From the human T2T-CHM13v2.0 reference genome, Homo sapiens, in assembly GCF_009914755.1 (NCBI RefSeq), contig NC_060946.1: DNA of 64,000 bases; one strand, given 5' to 3'. This document shows positions 1 through 20,254 of this stretch, in pieces. Each line of letters starts with the position of its first letter. Position 1 is the first letter of the stretch. Below the pieces are notes generated by a model. It was not told where the DNA came from, searched no databases, and saw nothing but the letters and a program-made list of their open reading frames with translations. A program made the position numbers and the translations under genes.

Positions 1-185
1 CACATGCAAGTATATATGTGTGTCTGAATATGTATATATATTATGTGTGTGTATATATACATATATACACACACACATCAGGCATGATGTAGTACTATCT
101 CTGTTCAGTTAACTTACAAACTGTATGTGTGTATGTGTATATATATATATATAGTTTGTAAGATACACATATGTATATATGTATA
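1..185. repeat. (TA)n/(TG)n/(CA)n low-complexity microsatellite
   Basis: Alternating tatata, gtgtgt and cacaca runs. Confidence 0.8.
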
Positions 186-850
186 ACCTTACCTTACAGC
201 ATTCACAAAGATAAATTCCAGATAGATTAAAAGACTAAATGAAAAAACAAATTAAACAAACAAAAACTACCAAAATATTAAATGATAATACACAAAATAG
301 TATATCTTTGTAATGTTTATATGTTATAATCTTCAGTGAGAAAGTCCTTCTTAAATGAGATGCAGAATCCAAAACCAAAAAAGGAAAACCCAATAGGTTT
401 GGTCATAGGAAATTTTACTTTCATACACCAGACACCATAAACAAAGTTGAAGATAAGCAAAAATTATATCAATATATACATAACAAAGGATCAGTAGCCC
501 TAACACTAAGAGAAACTATAAATTAGAAACAAAAAAATAAATAACCCAATAAAAATGGTCAAAGAAGATCATAGGTATTTTAAAAAGAATATATGAAGAG
601 AAGCTGACTATACTACCAATCAGAGAAATGTAAATAAAGAATAACAACATCACATAATTGTAAGAAACTATAAGAATTGGATGGTGAGGTCATTTAATAG
701 TAAAAAGAATAGAACTAGTGATAATATCAAGTGCTGTTGATGAGTTAAGGTATTAGATATTTTTGTGCACTGTTGGCAGAGTGTAAATAACCAAAATTTT
801 TGGAGGGATAATTTAGCAGTGTCCATCAAAATAAAACACAGATCATTTCC

Positions 851-985
851 AGCCAGGTGTGGTAGCTCATGCTTGTAATCCTAGCACTTTGCAATGTCAA
901 GTTGGGAGGATCCCTTGAGCTCAGGATTTTGAGACCAGCCTGGGCAACACAGACAGAGACTCTGTCTCAAAAAAAAAAAAAAAAA
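851..985 (+). mobile_element. Alu monomer (FLAM-like)
   Basis: Single Alu arm directly followed by A17. Confidence 0.8.
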
Positions 986-988
986 TCA

Positions 989-1294
<306 letters not shown>

Positions 1295-1483
1295 GACATG
1301 AACAACACTGTTTATGACAGCACTGTTTGTAAATAACAAAAAGTGGAAACGATCTTAATGTCTATAAATAGAATACTGGTTACTTAAAAAAATGTAAGGG
1401 GGTTAGATATTTGACAGTGGTGGGGAATAAAGAAATCTTTTACGTTTTATTCTATATGTTTTATGCTTTTACAAGCATTTCTA

Positions 1484-1816
1484 TTTTTATTATTTATTTG
1501 TTTGTTTATTTTTGTGTGTGTGTGTGTGATGGAGTTTTGCACTTGTTGCCCAGGCTGGAGTGCAATGGCATGATCTCGACTCACTGCAGCCTCCACCTCC
1601 TGGGTTCAAGCAATGCTCCTGCCTCAGCCTCCTGAGTAGCTGGAATTACAGGTGCCCACCACCAAGCCACCATGCCCAGCTAATTTTTGTATTTTTAGTA
1701 GAGATGGAGTTTCAACATGTTGGCCACGCTGGTCTCAAACTCCTGACCCCAGGTGATCTGTCCACCTCGACCTCCCAAAGTCCTGGGATTACAGGCATGA
1801 GCCACCGTGCCTGGCC
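1484..1816 (-). mobile_element. AluS with T/(TG)n tail
   Basis: Reverse-complement Alu dimer. Confidence 0.9.
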
Positions 1817-2141
1817 TTTTACAAACATTCTTCATGGATTAATTGTATAATTAAAATTTCAATGAATAAAATAATTAGATTGATATAAGTAATATAATAA
1901 TATTATATAAAACTTGGGAAAAAGAGAAGCCTGATGTGATTAACTGAACTTCTGATTCCATATTAGTATATTTCCACCTGCTTTTCCTAAATATTTTATT
2001 TCCTCGATTGATTCATACACTTTCTTGAGGATAGCAAACCTTTTGGAATATTTTCCAACCAGAATGAGGGGATTTCCTAAATATATGCAAAAAAATTCAG
2101 TTGTCTTAGCTTTTAAAATATAGCATATTAAAAATATTCAC

Positions 2142-2291
2142 CTTTTCTTGGGACCATTTTGTCCCTGCAATGAAACTCAACACTAGTGTGCATAATCCTC
2201 CAGATCCATGTAAACCAATACGTTGGCTGCCTAAGACAGCAGAAACACACGTAGTCAAAACAAGGAATCCTCTCTTCAATGTAAGTTTTTT
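2142..2291 (-). pseudogene. SLC9B1P: SLC9B1P exon 9 equivalent (150 bp)
   Basis: ttctag|AAAAAACTT...GAAAAG|gtgaat; encodes KKLTLKRGFLVLTTCVSAVLGSQRIGLHGSGGLCTLVLSFIAGTKWSQEK. Confidence 0.92.
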
Positions 2292-3128
2292 CTAGAATTA
2301 GATAGATATTTAGAAATTAGTTTATATTAAATATATAAGATTTGACATTATCTATTATATATGTTTGACCCTTTGATATTATGTCTTTAAATGTTATATT
2401 AAATGTCTAAAATTTCGATTTTCTTTCTCACCATACATTTTAGCAGACTTACTACCAAGTAACAAAATTTCCGACTAGTAACGTTTCATCTTCTGCCACA
2501 TCTCTGATACTAGTATCAGTAAAATGGTTAAAGTATTACTTTAAGTGAAGAAGAAAAGAGACCCATAAAATCTCCAGTTTCATATAACATATCCAATGAA
2601 TTCTTAAAAAATATTTGAATATCTCTTTGGTCAATATGTTACAACTAAATTTGGATGGAAATTACAGAAATACAAAAGTAATGGCATGTTTTCCTTTAAG
2701 GCAGGAAATGGCTAAGTTTGAGTGTTGCCTTTGTCAAAGGATAGCAGGAGTGAATTTCAGTCAGAAAATATGAAGAAATAAATGGGAACCTATCTCCCCC
2801 TAAAATGTTTAAGGGAAAATTTGGGGGAAATTATCAAACATCAATAGGCAATTTAGTAGAGAAAGGGAAAGTATAATTCAGAGGGATACTCTGCATTAAG
2901 TATATTTTTTGACATTCCTTATTTGCCAAATCAGGAAGCAGAGACTTTAATCAAAGCCATTGACCTGTATCAATCACTGCTGTGCTCAGTTTTAAATACA
3001 GAGTAGGCATTGGAGGCTAGTTTTAGAAAAATAGAGTTAAGTATTAAATTTCATGGATCTTACCAAAGTTTAATATTTTGAAAAAAATGTCTAATACTAT
3101 ACTTCTATAAAATAGATTTTGTGTTCAC

Positions 3129-3236
3129 CTGGTCTTCACTTGGAAAATATCGAACAAAAAAATCCCAAAACAATTCCTGCCAGCAGACTAATACATACGT
3201 TCCTTATAGAGGCTATGGCGTTATTAAGCATACCAC
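3129..3236 (-). pseudogene. SLC9B1P: SLC9B1P exon 8 equivalent (108 bp, +1 frameshift)
   Basis: ctacag|GTGGTATGCTT...GACCAG|gtgaac; encodes GMLNNAIASIRNVCISLLAGIVLGFF, then a T7 run (A7 at 3156-3162) shifts the frame to TGA at 3138-3136. Confidence 0.92.
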
Positions 3237-3551
3237 CTGTAGGGGCACACAATAAAAAAAAAAATTCACAAAGAAACATTTTCACATACACTACACATCA
3301 GAAAAACAAATCTAGGTGGTTCATGAAGAAAAGTAAGCATTTTATAGAACAAATATATGCAAATGGTCTTTTTATAGTGACATGTATGAAAACATGTAGA
3401 TCTATTTAGTACATTAAAAATATGCTCTCAAATAATTTAATATATACACACAACTCAGAAATGTCCATTATATAAATAGGCAAGAAAACAAAGACTTAAC
3501 AAGCACAAGATGCTCCCCTTACATTAGCCAATTTAAAAGACGGAGTGAGGT

Positions 3552-3853
3552 AGTCCGGGTGCAGTGGCTCATGTCTGTAATCCCAGCGCTTTGGGAGGCT
3601 GAGGAGGGTGGATTACTTGAGGTCAGGAGTTGAAGACCAGCCTGGCCAACATAATGAAACCCCATCTCTACTAAAAATACAAAAATTAGGTGGGCCTGGT
3701 GGCACACAACTGTGGTCCCAGGTACTCAGGAGGCTGAGGGAGGAGAATCACTTGAACCTGGGAGGCAGAGGTTGCGTGAGCTGAGATCGTGCCACCACAC
3801 TCCAGCCTGGGTGAAAGATGAAGGCTACACCTCCAAAAGAAAAAAAAAAAAAA
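3552..3853 (+). mobile_element. AluS
   Basis: Full dimer; TSD aaaagacggagtgaggta / aaaagaccaagtgaggta. Confidence 0.9.
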
Positions 3854-4299
3854 GACCAAGTGAGGTACAAGAATGGAGAGAGACCGAAACACTTGTGGCA
3901 CTTAGCATATGGCTGGTAAGGGCTATATTAACAATTCTTCTTTGATGTACTATATGAAAAAGAAACAAATGATTTTAACATGAAAAGAACAATGTAATAA
4001 CAACATGAAAAATTTTGTTCCAGGGTCAGTCCTAGAAACACTCAAGGGTCATTTAAGATTTCAGTATATTTAAGTTTCTGCTTTTGGTGAAGAAAAAAGG
4101 AAAAAAAATACAAAAGATTCCAGTATATTTTATATTAATTAATATTAATATATCCATACTTGTAGTTCATTGTAATAAGTAAAAAGCAAAAAACAAAAAA
4201 ACAGAATGAGTCACAAAAATAGTTCAGTTAAGCTCTGGGTAGTGGATTCAATATAGTACGTAAGTATATTTTTAGATATATTTTCTACTAAATATAACA

Positions 4300-4593
4300 G
4301 GCAGCGCATGGTGGGCTCACACCTTTAATCCCAGCACTTTGGGAGGCCAAGGCAGAAGGATTGCTTGAGCCCAAGAGTTGAGACCAACTTGGGCAACAGA
4401 GTGAAACCCCATCTTCACAACAAAATAAGAAATTAGCCCGGTATGTGGTGTGTGCCTATAGTCCAAGTACTCAGTAGCCTGAGGGAGGAGGTCCCTTGAG
4501 CTCAGGAGTTCGAGGCTGCACTCTAGCCTGGCTGACAGAGCAAGATCCTGTCTCAAGAAAATAAAATATAATAAAAATAAAAAATAATATAAA
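4300..4593 (+). mobile_element. AluJ
   Basis: Diverged dimer with J-type ggattgcttgagccc; TSD similar to aatataacag. Confidence 0.85.
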
Positions 4594-5575
4594 CAGAGTG
4601 ATGTCAGCCAGGTGGTGGAATGGGAAGCTCCAAACCTTGATTCTCCATAAAGATACCAACTGAAAAACTACATATGGTCTAAAAGCCTTTATGGAGTTCC
4701 ATAAACCATTAAGAAGTTGTAGTAGCACAGACAAGTGCAAAGCCAAGAATAGTGGCATTGAACAAATAAGAAAAGCTGTTGCATTATACTCATGATACCC
4801 CTTCCCCAAGCTCGAACAGGTTGGTTTGGCTGGGAAGCACTGAACTTGCAGCTTCTCCGTTAGCAGGGAAAGAGAAGACTGGAATGGAATAGTTTTATGA
4901 GGTTACCTGAAGCTCTCTCTCTCTCTAACTTGACGCCCAACTGGCATACTTTGGATGCATGGGAGCCACTGGGAATAAAGGAGAGGTCAGAGATGATGCA
5001 GCACCAGGGAACCTGCAGTACCACAGACAGATACCAGAGGGAGCAACAGCTCCAGAAAAAGAAACTGGCAAACCTCTACTTGGGATGTTGCAATGTATAA
5101 ACCCAAAGAAGATGCATTCCCAGAAAAAGTTTGAGAGGCTGCTGGAACCTATAGCCATGCTGATTCAGGTATGAAGGTCTTCCATATGAAGCCAGCTGAG
5201 AAAAACTGGGATAAGTGGCAGTTTTTTCAAACACCCAAATCTGGGCAAAAATAAATAAAAAATAACAAGACATAAGAAGAAACAGAGAAACCCGATGACT
5301 AAATTAAAGGAGCAAAATAAATCTCCAGAAACCAACCCTAAAGGAATAGATAAATGAGTTACCTGACAAAGAATCCAAATTAACTCTCTTAATGAAGCCC
5401 AGTGACAACAGAAATAGACAACTAAGTGAAAGCAGGAAATAATTCAGAACAAAATGAAAATATTAACAGAGATAGAAACTAAAAAAAAAAAAAAAGGAAC
5501 CATACAGAGACTCTGGAGCTAAGGAATGCAATAGCTCAATTGAAAAATTCACTATCGGAAATCATCAATAGACTG

Positions 5576-6305
5576 TGTAACTGCCCAATGGGTTCACCTC
5601 ATGCCCTGCTTAGACAGAGCTGATTTATCAAGACAGGGGAATTGCAATGGAGAAAGAGTAATTCAGGTAGAGCCGGCTGTGCGGGAGATCAGAGTTTTAT
5701 TATTCCTCAAATCAGTCTCCCTGAGCATTCGGGGATCAGAACTTTTAAAGATAATTTGGCAGGTAGGGGCTTGGGAAGTGGGGACTGCTTATTCATCAGG
5801 TTGGAGATGAAATCATACAGGGTTGAAGTGATGTTTTCTTGCTGTCTTCTGTTTGTGGGTGGGGTGGCAGAACTAGTTGAGCCATATTACCAGTCTGGGT
5901 GGTGTCAGCTGATTCATCCAGTGCAGGGTCTGCAAAATATCTCAAGCACTGATTTTAGGTTTTACAATAGTGATGTTATCCCCAGGAGCAATTTGGAGAG
6001 GTTCAGACTCTTGGAGCCGAGGCTGCATAACCCCTCAACTGTAATTTCTAATGTTGTAGCTAATTTGTTTATCCTGCAAAGGCAAACTGGTTCCAGGCAA
6101 GAAGGGGATCTTTTTGGGAAATGGCTATTATCAACTTTGTTTCAGAGTCAAACCATGAACTGAATATCTTCCCAAAATTAGTTCATCCTACTGCCAGGAA
6201 TGAACAAGGACAGTTTAAACGCTAGAAGCAAGATGCAGTTGATTAAGTCTGATGTCTTTTGCTGTCATAATTTCTTCAGTTATAATTTTTGCAAAGGCAG
6301 TTTCA
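5576..6305 (-). mobile_element. ERV1 solo LTR, LTR8/LTR8A-like
   Basis: Minus strand begins TGAAACTGCCTTTGCAAAAATTATAACTGA and ends ...GGGCAGTTACA; about 730 bp; TG..CA termini. Confidence 0.75.
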
Positions 6306-7017
6306 ATAACATCAAGCAGAAGAAAGAATCAGTGAAATGGAAGACTAGTCATTTGAAATTATGGAGTCAGAGGAGCAAAAGGGAAAAGGAGTGAAGAGTG
6401 AAGACAGCCTAAGAGACTTACAGGATGCCATCAAGCAGACCAATGTATGCATTATGAAAGTGCCAGAAGGAGAAGAGAAAAATAAAGGGGCAGAGAGCCA
6501 GTTAAAAAAATAATGACCAAAAACTTCTCAAACTTAAAGAAGGAAATGGACATACAAATCCAAGAGGCTCAAAGAACTCCAAGTTGGATAATTTGCAAAA
6601 GACCTACAATGAGACACATTACAATCAAACTGTCAAAAGTCAAAGACAAAGAGAGAATTTTGAAAGGAACAGGATCAAAGCAACTTGTCACATACAAGGG
6701 AGATGCCATATGGTTATCAATGGAATTCTCAGCAAAAACTCTACAGGCCAGAAGAGAATGGGATGATATATTAAAAGGGCTGAAAGAAAAAAAAAAAACT
6801 ATCAGCCAAGAACTGTATTGCCAGTAAAACTGTATTTCAAAAATGAAAGACAAACAAAGAGTTCCCCAGAGAAGTAAAAGGTGAGGGAGTTGATCACCAC
6901 TAGACCTACCTTACAAAACATGTTAAAGGGAGTCCTCCAAGTGGAAATGAAAAGGCATTGGATAGAAATGCAAAAGCATACAAAATATAAACTTCTTTGG
7001 TAAAGGTAAATATATGA

Positions 7018-7358
<341 letters not shown>

Positions 7359-8509
7359 TGTAATTCACTTTTAATTGAAGCATAGAATTTAAAAGGTAAA
7401 AGCATAATATTACTGTATTAAATGATGTGAATAAACAATATAAAATATATAGTGTGACATTGATAACAAAGTGAGAAGGAGGTGTAAAGACGTAGAGTTT
7501 TTGTATGTGATTAAAGTTAAGTTGTTGTCAATTTAAAATAGATTATTATAACTATAAGATGTTTTCATGTAATTCTACAGTAACCACAAAGAAAAGACCT
7601 ACAGAAGATACACAAATAAAAATGAGAAAGGAACCAAAGCAAGTCCCTACCAAAAAAAGAAATCAGTGAAACATAAAGGGAGGCAGAAAGAGAGGAAAAG
7701 TGGAAAAAAATATCTGCAAGACATGTATAAAACAATGAACAAAATGACAATAGTAAGCCCCTCCCTATCAGTAACTACTTTAAATGCAAATAGGCTAATT
7801 TTCCAATCAAAAGACAGAGAATTGGCCGAATGGATTAAAAAAATCTAAATATATACTATATGCAAGAGACTTATGTTAGATCTAAATATGCACAAAGGTT
7901 GAAAGTGAAAGGATGGAAAAAGATATTCAATGCCTTTGGTAACCAAAAGAGAACAAGGATGGCCATACTTAGACAAAATAGAGTTTAAGTCAAATAATAG
8001 CACAAGAGACAAGGATATTACATAATAATAAAACGGCCAATTGACCAAGAAGATATAGCAATTATAAATGTATATGCAACTAACAGTACAGCATCTAAAT
8101 ATATGAAGCTAACATAGACAGAATTGAGGGGTAACATAGATAACAACATCATAATAACAGAAAACTTCAATATTCCACTTTCAATTATGGATACAATAAC
8201 CAGACAGATCAACTGGAAAACACAGAACTTGAACAACATTGTAGACCAATTGGACCTGTCTGACATATACAGAACACTTCACCCAATAATAGCAAAATAT
8301 GCTTTCTTCTCAAGTACATACCAAGACTTTTCCAGCATAGATGGCATGCTAGTCCACAAACAAGTTTTTAAAAATTTAAGAAAACTGAACTCATACCAAA
8401 TATCTTTTCTGACCACATTAAATGAAATTACAAATTCATAGCAGAAGGAAAAAGGAAAAGTAATAAATATGTGGAAATTACAAAAATATACTCTCTTAAC
8501 CAATTGGCC

Positions 8510-9187
8510 TGTGTGGTTAATATTAATTGTCAATTTGATTGAGGGATGCTTAGATGCCTGATGAAGCACTGTGTGTGGGTATATCTGTGAGGGTGCTGCC
8601 ACAGGAGAATGATGGATGAGTTAGTGGACTGAGAGAGAAAAACCCATCCTCACTGTGGGTAGGCATCATGCAATTGGTTGCAAGTGTGACTAGAACAAAA
8701 AGGCAGAAGAATGGGAACATTCAGCTTGCTTGGATTTCTTTTTTATGCACTTTCTCTCCCTTCCAGAGCAGTAAGCCTTTTTCTCCTCTTGCCCTTGCAC
8801 ATCAAACTCTAGGTTCTTTGGCCTTTGGACCCTGGAACTTACATCAGCAGCCTTTTGGGAGCTCTCAGGCCTTGGGCCTCAGACTAGTGGCTGCACTGTC
8901 AGCTTCCCTGGTTTTGAGACTTTCAGATTTGGACTGAGCCATGTCACTGGCTTCCTTGGGAGCCATGCTGTAGGCTTCTCTCATTTTCCAGCTTATAGAT
9001 GGCCTATTGTGGGACTTTGCCTTTGTAATTATGTGAGCCAATTCTCCTTAATAAATTATATTTCATATATATGTAAATATATTCTCTTTTAGATGCATGT
9101 ATATGTATCTATATCTATTATCTATATCTATATCTATATCTATATTTCCTATTGGATCTGACCCTCTGGAGAACTCTGATTAATACA
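8510..9187 (+). mobile_element. ERVL solo LTR, MLT2 family (B-like)
   Basis: Starts tgtgtggttaatattaattgtcaatttgattg and ends ctggagaactctgattaataca; internal (TATATC)n. Confidence 0.8.
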
Positions 9188-9436
9188 TAGTCAAAGAATA
9201 AGTCACAAGGAAAATTGGAAAATGTCTTGAGACAAATAAAAATGGAAACACAACATTCCAAAGCTTGTGGGATGCAGCAAAATTAATATGAAGAGGACAG
9301 TTTATATATCTAACTACCTACCTTAAAAAAGAAGATCTAAAATCAGCAACTTAGCTTTACACCTCAAGAAACTGGAAAAAGAAGAACTCAACCCAATGTT
9401 AGCAAAAGGAAGGAAATAATAAAGTCTAGAGCAGAA

Positions 9437-9728
9437 GGCCAGGTGCAGTGGCTCACGACTGTAATCCGAGCACTTTGGGAGGCCGAGTCAGGTGGATCAC
9501 CTGACGTTGGGAGTTCGAGACAAGCCTCAGCAACATGGAGAAACCTGTCTCTACTAAAAAATACAAAATTAGCCGGGCATGGTGGTGCATGCCTGTAATC
9601 CCAGCTACTCTGGAGGCTGAGGCGGGAGAGTCACTTGAACTGGGAGGCGGAGGTTGCAGCGAGCGGCGATCACGCCTTTGCACTACAGCCTGGGCAATAA
9701 GAGCGAAACTCCTTCTCAAAAAAAAAAA
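9437..9728 (+). mobile_element. AluS (Sp/Sq-like)
   Basis: Full dimer; TSD similar to ctagag..agaa. Confidence 0.9.
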
Positions 9729-10153
9729 GGCTAGAGAATAGAAAAAAAACCCAATGAAACTAGTAGTTGTTTCAAAGTTCAACAAAACTGACAAATCATT
9801 ATCTAGAATATTTAAGAAAAAAAATAAAGAAGACTCAACTTCTTTTAGGATCAAAGAGAAGACACTGCAACAGATATTACAGAAATAAAAAGGATTCTAA
9901 GAGTCTACTATGAATGATTATATACTGACAAGTTGGATAACCTAGGAGAAATGAACAGATTCCTAGTAACATGCAAGTTACGAAGACTAAGTCACAAAAT
10001 AAAGAATCTTAATAAACCTATAACTAGTAACTGAATCAGGAATCAAAAACCTCCCAGCAAACCAAATACCTGATAAGGGGTTAATATCTAAAATATTTAC
10101 AGAACAACAACTCAATAACAAAACAACCTAAATGGGAAATGGTCAGTTGACTT

Positions 10154-10506
10154 TGCTATGGTCCAAATGTTCTCCCAATATTCATATGCTGGAGCCTAAT
10201 ATTCAATGTGATAATATTAAAAGGTGGGGCATTTTGGAGATGATTAGTTCATGAAGTCATAGCCCTCAGAAATGGGACTAGGGCCTTTATAAAAGAGGCT
10301 TAAGGGAGTTTGTTTTCCCTTTTGAACATGTGAGGACACAGAGAAGGTGCTATGTATAGTGAATATAGTGACCTCACCAGTCACTGAGTCTGTTGTAGCC
10401 TAAATCTTGGACTTCTCACACTCCAGAACGCAATAAATAAATTTCTGTTGTTTATAAATTACCAGCCTAAGGTGTTTTGTTATAGCAGCAGGAGTGGACT
10501 AAGATA
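10154..10506 (+). mobile_element. MaLR solo LTR (MLT1A/MSTD-like)
   Basis: tgctatgg...ggactaagata flanked by the 5-bp TSD GACTT (10149-10153 and 10507-10511). Confidence 0.8.
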
Positions 10507-10564
10507 GACTTGAATAGACATTTTTTCCAAAAAAAAAATACAAATGGCCAACTAGCATATCAAC

Positions 10565-11067
10565 CCAACACTACATGGAAGCTGCCAAGGCTTGGGGATT
10601 GAACTCTGAAGCAATAGCCTGAGCTGTACGTTGGCTCCTTTTAACCATGGCTGGGACACAGGACACCAAGTCCCAAGACTGCACAGAGCAGCAAAGTTCT
10701 GGGCCTGGCCCACAAAACCATTTTTTCCCTCCTAGGCCTCCAACTCTGTGACGGGAGGGGCTGTCATGAAGAACTCTGACATGCCCTGGAGACAATTTCC
10801 CCATTATCTTGTCATCAACATTTGGCTCCTTGTTACTTCTGCAAATTTCTGCAGTCAGCTTGAATTTCTCCCCAGAAAATGGGTTTTCTTTTCTATCACA
10901 TCATCAGGCTGCAAATCTTCCAAACTTTTATGCTCAGCTCCCTTTTAAACATAAGTTCTAATTCAAAACCATATTTTTGTGAATGCATAAAACTGCACAC
11001 TTTTAAGAGCACTCAGGTCATAAATTGAACACTTTGCTGCTTACAAATTTCTTCTACCAGATGTCCT
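10565..11067 (-). mobile_element. THE1/MST internal region, left part (split by the L1 insertion)
   Basis: MaLR-int motifs (gctgccaaggcttggg, ggcctggcccacaaaacca); continues at 19887. Confidence 0.8.
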
Positions 11068-17208
<6,141 letters not shown>

Positions 17209-17370
17209 CTATGATACTCTCCTACATACCATATCTGTACAAAAATTATAAATTTTAGATAACCATCCAGAGATATTTCTCTAATTCTTGGAAAAAATAT
17301 CAACATTGAAAACATCAAAAAAATTAAACAGTTCTTTTTTCGTCCAAAAAACAAAAAAAGAACAATAGGT

Positions 17371-19886
17371 AATCCTCCCTAACTCATTTTATGAGGCCAG
17401 CATCATCCTGATACCAAAGTCTGGCAGAGATACAACAAAAAAAGATAATTTTAGACCAATATCCTTGATGAACATCGATGCGAAAATCCTCAATAAAATA
17501 CTGGCAAACCAAATCCAGCAACACATCAAAAAGCTTATCCACCACGATCAAGTGGGCTTCATCCCTGGGATGCAAGGCTGGTTCAACATATGCAAATCAA
17601 TAAACGTAATCCATTACATAAACAGAACCAAAGACAAAAACCACATGATTATCTCAATAGATGCAGAAAAGACCTTTGACAAAATTCAACACTCCTTCAT
17701 GCTAAAAACTCTCAATAAATTAGGTATTGATGGGACGTATCTCAAAATAATAAGAGCTATTTATGACAAACCCACAGCCAATATCATACTGAATGGGCAA
17801 AAACTGGAAGCATTCCTTTTGAAAACTGGCGCAAGAGAAGGATGCCCTCTCTCACCATTCTTATTCAACATGGTGTTGGAAGTTCTGACCACTGGAATCA
17901 GGCAGGAGAAAGAAATAAATGGTATTCAGTTAGGAAAAGATGAAGTCAAATTGTCCCTGTTTGCAGATGACATGTTTGCATATTTAGAAAACCCCACCGT
18001 CTCAGCCCAAAATCTCCTTAAGCTGATAAGCAACTTCAGCAAAGTCTCAGGATACAAAATCAATGTGCAAAAATCACAAGCATTCCTATACACCATTAAT
18101 AGACAAACAGAGAGCCAAATCATGAGTGAACTCCCATTCACAATTGCTACAAAGAGAATAAAATACCTAGGAATCCAACTTACAAGGGACGTGAAGGACC
18201 TCTTCCAAGAGAACTACAAACCACTGCTTAACGAATTAAAAGAGGACACAAACAAATGCAAGAGTATTCCACGCTCATGGATAGGAAGAATCAATATCAT
18301 GAAAATGGCCATACTGCACAAAGTAATTTATAGATTCAATACCATCCCCATCAAGCTACTAATGACTTTCTTCACAGAATTGGAAAAAAAACTACTTTAA
18401 ATTTCATATGGAACCAAAGAAGAGCCTGCATTGCCAAGATAATCCTAAGCAAAAAGAACAAAACTGGAGGCATCACACTACCTGACTTCAAACTATACTA
18501 CAAGGCTACAGTAACCAAAACAGCATGGTACTGGTGCCAAAACAGATATATAGACCAATGGAACAGAACAGAGGCCTCAGAAATAAGACCACACACAACT
18601 ACAGCCATCTGATCTTTGACAAACCTGACAAAAACTAGAAATGGGGAAAGGATTGCCTATTTAATAAATGATGCTGGGAAAACTGGCTAGCCATATGTAG
18701 AAAGCTGAAACTGGATCCCTTCCTTACATCTTATACAAAAATTAATTCAAGATGGATTAAAGACTTAAATTTTAGACCTAAAACCATAAAAACCCTAGAA
18801 GAAAACCTAGGAAATACCATTCAGGCCATAGGCATGAGCAAGGACTTCATGACTAAAACACGAAAAGCAATGGCAACAAAAGCCAAAATTGACAAATGGG
18901 ATCTAATTAAACTAAAGAGCTTCTACACGGCAAAAGAAACTGCTATCAGAGTGAACCAGGCAACATACAGAATGGGAGATAAATTGCAATCTACCCATTT
19001 GACAAAGAAAGAATTCAAACAAATTTACAAGAAAAAAACAACCCCATCAAAAAGTGGGCAAAGATATGAATAGACACTTCTCCAAAGAAGACATCTATGC
19101 AGCTAACAGACACAAGAAAAAAAGGTCATCATCACTGGTCATCAGAGAAATGCAAATCAAAACCACAATGAGATACCATCTCACCCCAGTTAGAATGGCA
19201 ATCATTAAAAAGTCAGGAAACAACAGATGCTGGAGAGGATATGGAGAAATAGGAAAGCTTTTACACTGTTGGTGGGAGTGTAAACTAGTTCAACCATTGT
19301 GAAAGACATTGTGGTGATTCCTCCAGGATCTAGAACTAGAATTACCATTTGACCCAGCAATCCCATTACTGGGTATATACCCAAAGGATTATAAATCAAG
19401 CTACTATAAAGACACATGCACATGTATGTTTATTGCGGCACTATTCACAATAGCAAAGACTTGGAACCAACCCAAATGTCCATTAATGATGGACTGGATT
19501 AAGACATGTGACACATATACACCATGGAATACTATGCAGCCATAAAAAATGATGAGTTCATATCCTTTGCAGGGAGATAGATGAAGCTGGAAACCATCAT
19601 TCTCAGCAAAACTATCACAAGGACAGAAAACCAAACACCGCATGTTCTCACTCATAGATGGGAATTGAACAATGAGATCACTTGGACACAGGGCTGAGAA
19701 CATCACACACTGGGGCCTGTTGGGGGGTGGTGGGCTGGGGGAGGGAGAGCATTAGGAGAAATACCTAATGTAAATGATGAGTTGATGGGTGCAGCAAACC
19801 AACATGGCACATGTATACCTATGTATCAAACCTGCACGTTGTGCACATGTACCCTAGAACTTAAGGTATAACAACAACAACAACAG
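17371..19886 (+). mobile_element. L1PA6-like 3' 2.5 kb with (ACA)n tail
   Basis: RT-domain ORF at 17465-18400 (FADDM) and 3'UTR; followed by a 20-bp TSD matching 11048-11067. Confidence 0.93.
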
Positions 19887-20254
19887 TTTCTTCTACCAGA
19901 TGTCCTCAGTCATCTCTCTCAATTTCAAAGTTCCATAAATCTGTAGGGCAGGGGCAAAATGCCACCAGTCTCTTTGCTAAAGCATAGCAAGAGTGACCTT
20001 TACTTCAGTTCCCAACAAGTTGTTCATCTCCATCTCGGACCTCCTCAGCCTGGACTTCACTGTCCAAGTCACTATCAGCGGTTTGGTCAAAGCCATTCAA
20101 CAAGTCTCTAGGCAGTTCCAAACTTTCCCACATCTTCTGGTCTTCTTCTGAGTCCTCCCAACTGTTCCAAACTCTGCACATTACACACTTCCAAAGTCAC
20201 TTCCACATTCTCAGGTATCTTATAGCAATACTCCATTACCTCAGTATCAAAATC
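19887..20254 (-). mobile_element. THE1/MST internal region, 5' part
   Basis: Minus strand reads ...gatacctgagaatgtggaagtgactttggaa...gaaagtttggaactgcctagagacttgttgaatgg, the MaLR-int 5' start. Confidence 0.8.

Noticed and set aside
5642-6163. 173-aa ORF as a novel gene
   Set aside because: It lies wholly antisense within an LTR8-type LTR, with no recognisable domain or splice context.
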